In this document: positions 61,268 through 64,000 of the stretch, one piece after another | Numbering within the stretch: position 1 is the first letter of the stretch | How the letters are laid out: every line of letters begins with the position of its first letter | NCBI RefSeq assembly: GCF_000372725.1 | Contig: NW_005201165.1 | Coordinates: 2,853-66,852, forward strand | DNA length: 64,000 nt | Reading direction: 5' to 3' | Source of the DNA: Emiliania huxleyi CCMP1516 | Taxonomy: Eukaryota | Translations under genes and position numbers: made by a program | The notes under the pieces: generated by a model | Database searches by the model: none | Seen by the model: only the letters and a program-made list of their open reading frames with translations | What the model was told of the DNA's origin: nothing

Positions 61268-62902
61268 ATGTCAGGCGTTACTGGGCCAGCGTATCCGCCG
61301 CCGCTCCCGCCGTTGTTACCGCCGGTGATCGCACCCTCGCCGCCGTTTTTGCCACCCGTGTCACCACCGCCGTTCGCGCCACCGCCGCTGCCACCTCCGC
61401 CACTGACTCCGCCGCAGCCTCCTCGATCTCCACCGGGGCACCCGCCGCCGCTCTCACCCCCACCCCCACCATCGCCACCTATCACACCACCTCATCCGCC
61501 TCTGCTGCCGCCGCCACTGCAACCACCCCCGCCACCGCTGCAACCGTTGCCTCCGCATTCTCCGCCGCCGCTGCTCCCACCACCACTGCCGCCGCCGCCG
61601 CCGCTGCAGCCGCCGCCGCCGCTGCAGCCGCCACCGCCGTCGTGGCCGCCGCCACCGGCGAACCCGCCACCGCCGCCGTCCCTGCCTCCCCTGCCACCGG
61701 CAGCACCGCCGCCACCGCTGCCGCCATCGTCACCACCACCTCCTTCTCCACCTCCGCCATCCCCACCGCCCAGGCTTCCGCCGGAAGTGCCTCCTCCAGC
61801 GACTCCTCCTGCCCCTCCAGCATCCCCACCACCACCCTCGCAGCCCGCGCCTCCCGCCGTGCCTCCGCGGACGCCTCCGACAGCTCCCCCGCCACCAGTG
61901 TCTGTCCACCTATCGTTTGCAGCCACGGGCTCCGCGGATGCATTCAACGCCTCGACCCTCACCGCCATGGAGGCTAGCCTGGCGGAGGCCATCGGGGTTC
62001 CCGCGTCCATTATCCGCTTTTCTCTCGCGAGTCAGGCGAGAGAGGCAGTTCCAGTGGAGTTGAGCGCTCGCATTTTCCCCAGCGAGGGCTCAAACGCCAC
62101 TCTCGGAGAAGCGCTGGTTGCGGCGACCACGCTCTTCGCCTCGCCGCACCTCGCGAGCTCGGTGCTCGGCGCAGAGGTGGCCGCCTTTCGTGGCGTCTCG
62201 CTGCTCTATCACAACCCCCCTCCATTGGCGCCGCCCCCTTTTTCGCCGCCAGAGAAGAGAGGGTGGAGCTGGAGGAGGCGACTGGCGCTGATACTGGGGC
62301 TGTGCATACCCCTTGGCCTACTCGGCCTCTGCCTCATCGCCGCCGTGGTCGGCGTGTGCGTGCGACGGCGCCGCGGCAGGCAAAAGCAGGCTGGCGTGGC
62401 ACCGGCCCCCTCCAAATCTGAGGCTGGAGGGTCGCCATCGGCGGAGCCGGCACCGGCTCGGCTCTCTCTTGCCGATGCCGCCTGCGCTAGTCACGCGGCC
62501 GCTAGCGCCGGCGCTGCGCTGCGACTGCACGCAGCGATCGCAAAGCTCCCCGGAGGCGACGATGACACCAAGGAGACCAACACGGCCGACACCGCTGTCG
62601 AACCGCCGCCCGCAGCAGAGTCCAGGCCGCCAGCGCCCTTCTCCATTGCGAATGCTGCGGCGGCGCACTCGGCAGCCTCGAGCGCCGGTGCAGCGCTGGC
62701 AGCGCACGCGGCCATCTCAAGACTACCAGGCCCCGATGCGAGCGAGTCGGGCGGGGGCAAGCTCGAGCCGATTCAAAGTGCGCCCGCGTTCACGCTACCG
62801 CCGCTGCCGGCCGGGCTGCCGCGCGTGAATTCGAGCCAGTTTGAGATTTCGAGCGCGAGCGCCTCCGTGTCGCAAAAGAAGGAGCAAGCGCAGCTAGATT
62901 GA
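61268..62902 (+). CDS. Proline-rich type I membrane protein, possibly missing its 5' part
   Basis: 544-aa ORF with a long poly-Pro stalk, small globular domain, TM segment LALILGLCIPLGLLGLCLIAAVVGVCV followed by RRRRGR, and two Ala-rich cytosolic repeats. Confidence 0.75.
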   Translation: MSGVTGPAYPPPLPPLLPPVIAPSPPFLPPVSPPPFAPPPLPPPPLTPPQPPRSPPGHPPPLSPPPPPSPPITPPHPPLLPPPLQPPPPPLQPLPPHSPPPLLPPPLPPPPPLQPPPPLQPPPPSWPPPPANPPPPPSLPPLPPAAPPPPLPPSSPPPPSPPPPSPPPRLPPEVPPPATPPAPPASPPPPSQPAPPAVPPRTPPTAPPPPVSVHLSFAATGSADAFNASTLTAMEASLAEAIGVPASIIRFSLASQAREAVPVELSARIFPSEGSNATLGEALVAATTLFASPHLASSVLGAEVAAFRGVSLLYHNPPPLAPPPFSPPEKRGWSWRRRLALILGLCIPLGLLGLCLIAAVVGVCVRRRRGRQKQAGVAPAPSKSEAGGSPSAEPAPARLSLADAACASHAAASAGAALRLHAAIAKLPGGDDDTKETNTADTAVEPPPAAESRPPAPFSIANAAAAHSAASSAGAALAAHAAISRLPGPDASESGGGKLEPIQSAPAFTLPPLPAGLPRVNSSQFEISSASASVSQKKEQAQLD

Positions 62903-64000
62903 GCGTCTGCGGTGTTGGTTCTGAGGCTTGGGTATCCCTTAGCCATTGATACCTGTACGTCCATGAAAGAGTATAAAACGTGTACGTTTATAGTTGCAAT
63001 TGATCACGAGAGATTTATCTATCTAAATCCGCGGGGTACATTTCTTGTTTAGGGGGTAAGGCCGAGGCAGAAAAGGTTTCCTTTTTTCTCCGTTTTCTTC
63101 ACACGATTTTTCCTGTGAAGAGAAGCGTAGAGAAACGGACCTTTCAAACTCGGTGTCGAAACACCAGCCCGACGCGCACGACAGTTCCACTTCAAAATCT
63201 TTTTCATGTTCACTTAGAGAATGAATACATGTACATTGCAACTTAGAGCCGTCGTTTTGTGCACGGACCGCATCGATCCCGTCGTCAAAGCTCAACGCAA
63301 TGGCCGAGGCAGCGACAGCGTCCGGTCTGCCCCCGCCCGCCACCTGCACGGCGCTGGCTTCCCTGCGCGTGACCACTTGCGGCGAGCAGGGATGCACCCC
63401 GCAAGCGGTGAATGCCCGTCCCGGAGACAATCTGTCGTTTGCAGTCTGCGTCGAGAACCACTCTCACCGCGGGAGCTCTGTTGACTATGTGCCCGCTACA
63501 CTGATGGAGGGTGCGCTGGTCAGCGTGCGCTTAGCGTGCTCCGACTTCTCCGCGCATGCGTCTGGCTGGACCTGCGCCGCCGGGTGGGATGGCCTTGTGG
63601 AGGCTGTGAGCTTTTTGCCCAGTCAGGAGCTCTACGTCGGAAGCTTCGAGATGGGGGAGTGCCACCGACTCTTCTCCGATCCGAGCTGGATCAGGTGCGT
63701 CTACGAACCCGCCTCGTGCAAACCTATTCGCCCTTGCGCACAACTTCGGCTGAGTCGGTCGGTTGAGCTCACTCCTGCAGGCCGCGGGGCCACGGTGGCT
63801 GCAAGTGGGCAGAGCAACGGCGGAGAAGTATGCCTTGGCACCCTTACAGTCCGGCTGCAAGATCAACCGTCTGCGCTACTAGACGGGATCTCAACCACAG
63901 GAGCGCCGATCAAGGTGGCGGTCGTCGCCGACGCTGCACCCGGCTCGATCGCCGTCGACCGTTGCACTGCTAGCGGCTTGCAGCAGCGGATTGGGGCGGA

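Noticed and set aside
63023..64000. Coding region at the window end
   Set aside because: Short ORFs without recognisable motifs, no supportable call.

Overview
GC-rich, intron-dense eukaryotic DNA with many GC-AG introns, (CCCTAA)n tracts, intronic GGCCGAGATT/ATCTCCCCAT repeats and four N-gaps. These traits suggest a haptophyte such as Emiliania/Gephyrocapsa huxleyi (inference). Genes I recognised by eye: TMC-like channel, bacterial-type HerA/DUF87-like ATPase with introns, thioredoxin/PDI-like selenoprotein with in-frame TGA-GGC-TGA-TGA (GUGUU), ABCB transporter with near-identical NBD DNA, FkbM-like methyltransferase, HPP protein divergent from an ArsJ-associated/Gap3-type GAPDH, RPS13, alpha/beta hydrolase, PPR-TrmB fusion, MORC-like GHKL protein, Pro/Gly-rich protein, mitochondrial carrier, multi-pass TM-TIR protein, RCC1 remnant, MFS transporter and Pro-rich membrane protein. 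Mobile DNA: a 5'-truncated Helitron with its empty site in the window, a deleted copia element carrying a membrane-protein ORF and a nested TIR element, non-LTR fragments, and a 1.9-kb inverted duplication. The most unusual window-wide pattern is in the introns: many begin with a copy of the downstream exon start, and many end in a shared CTCTTCAC-N10-12-GTGARCAG motif, suggesting an intron-gain process. Exon boundaries are hand-read and approximate, and family calls come from recalled motifs, not database searches.
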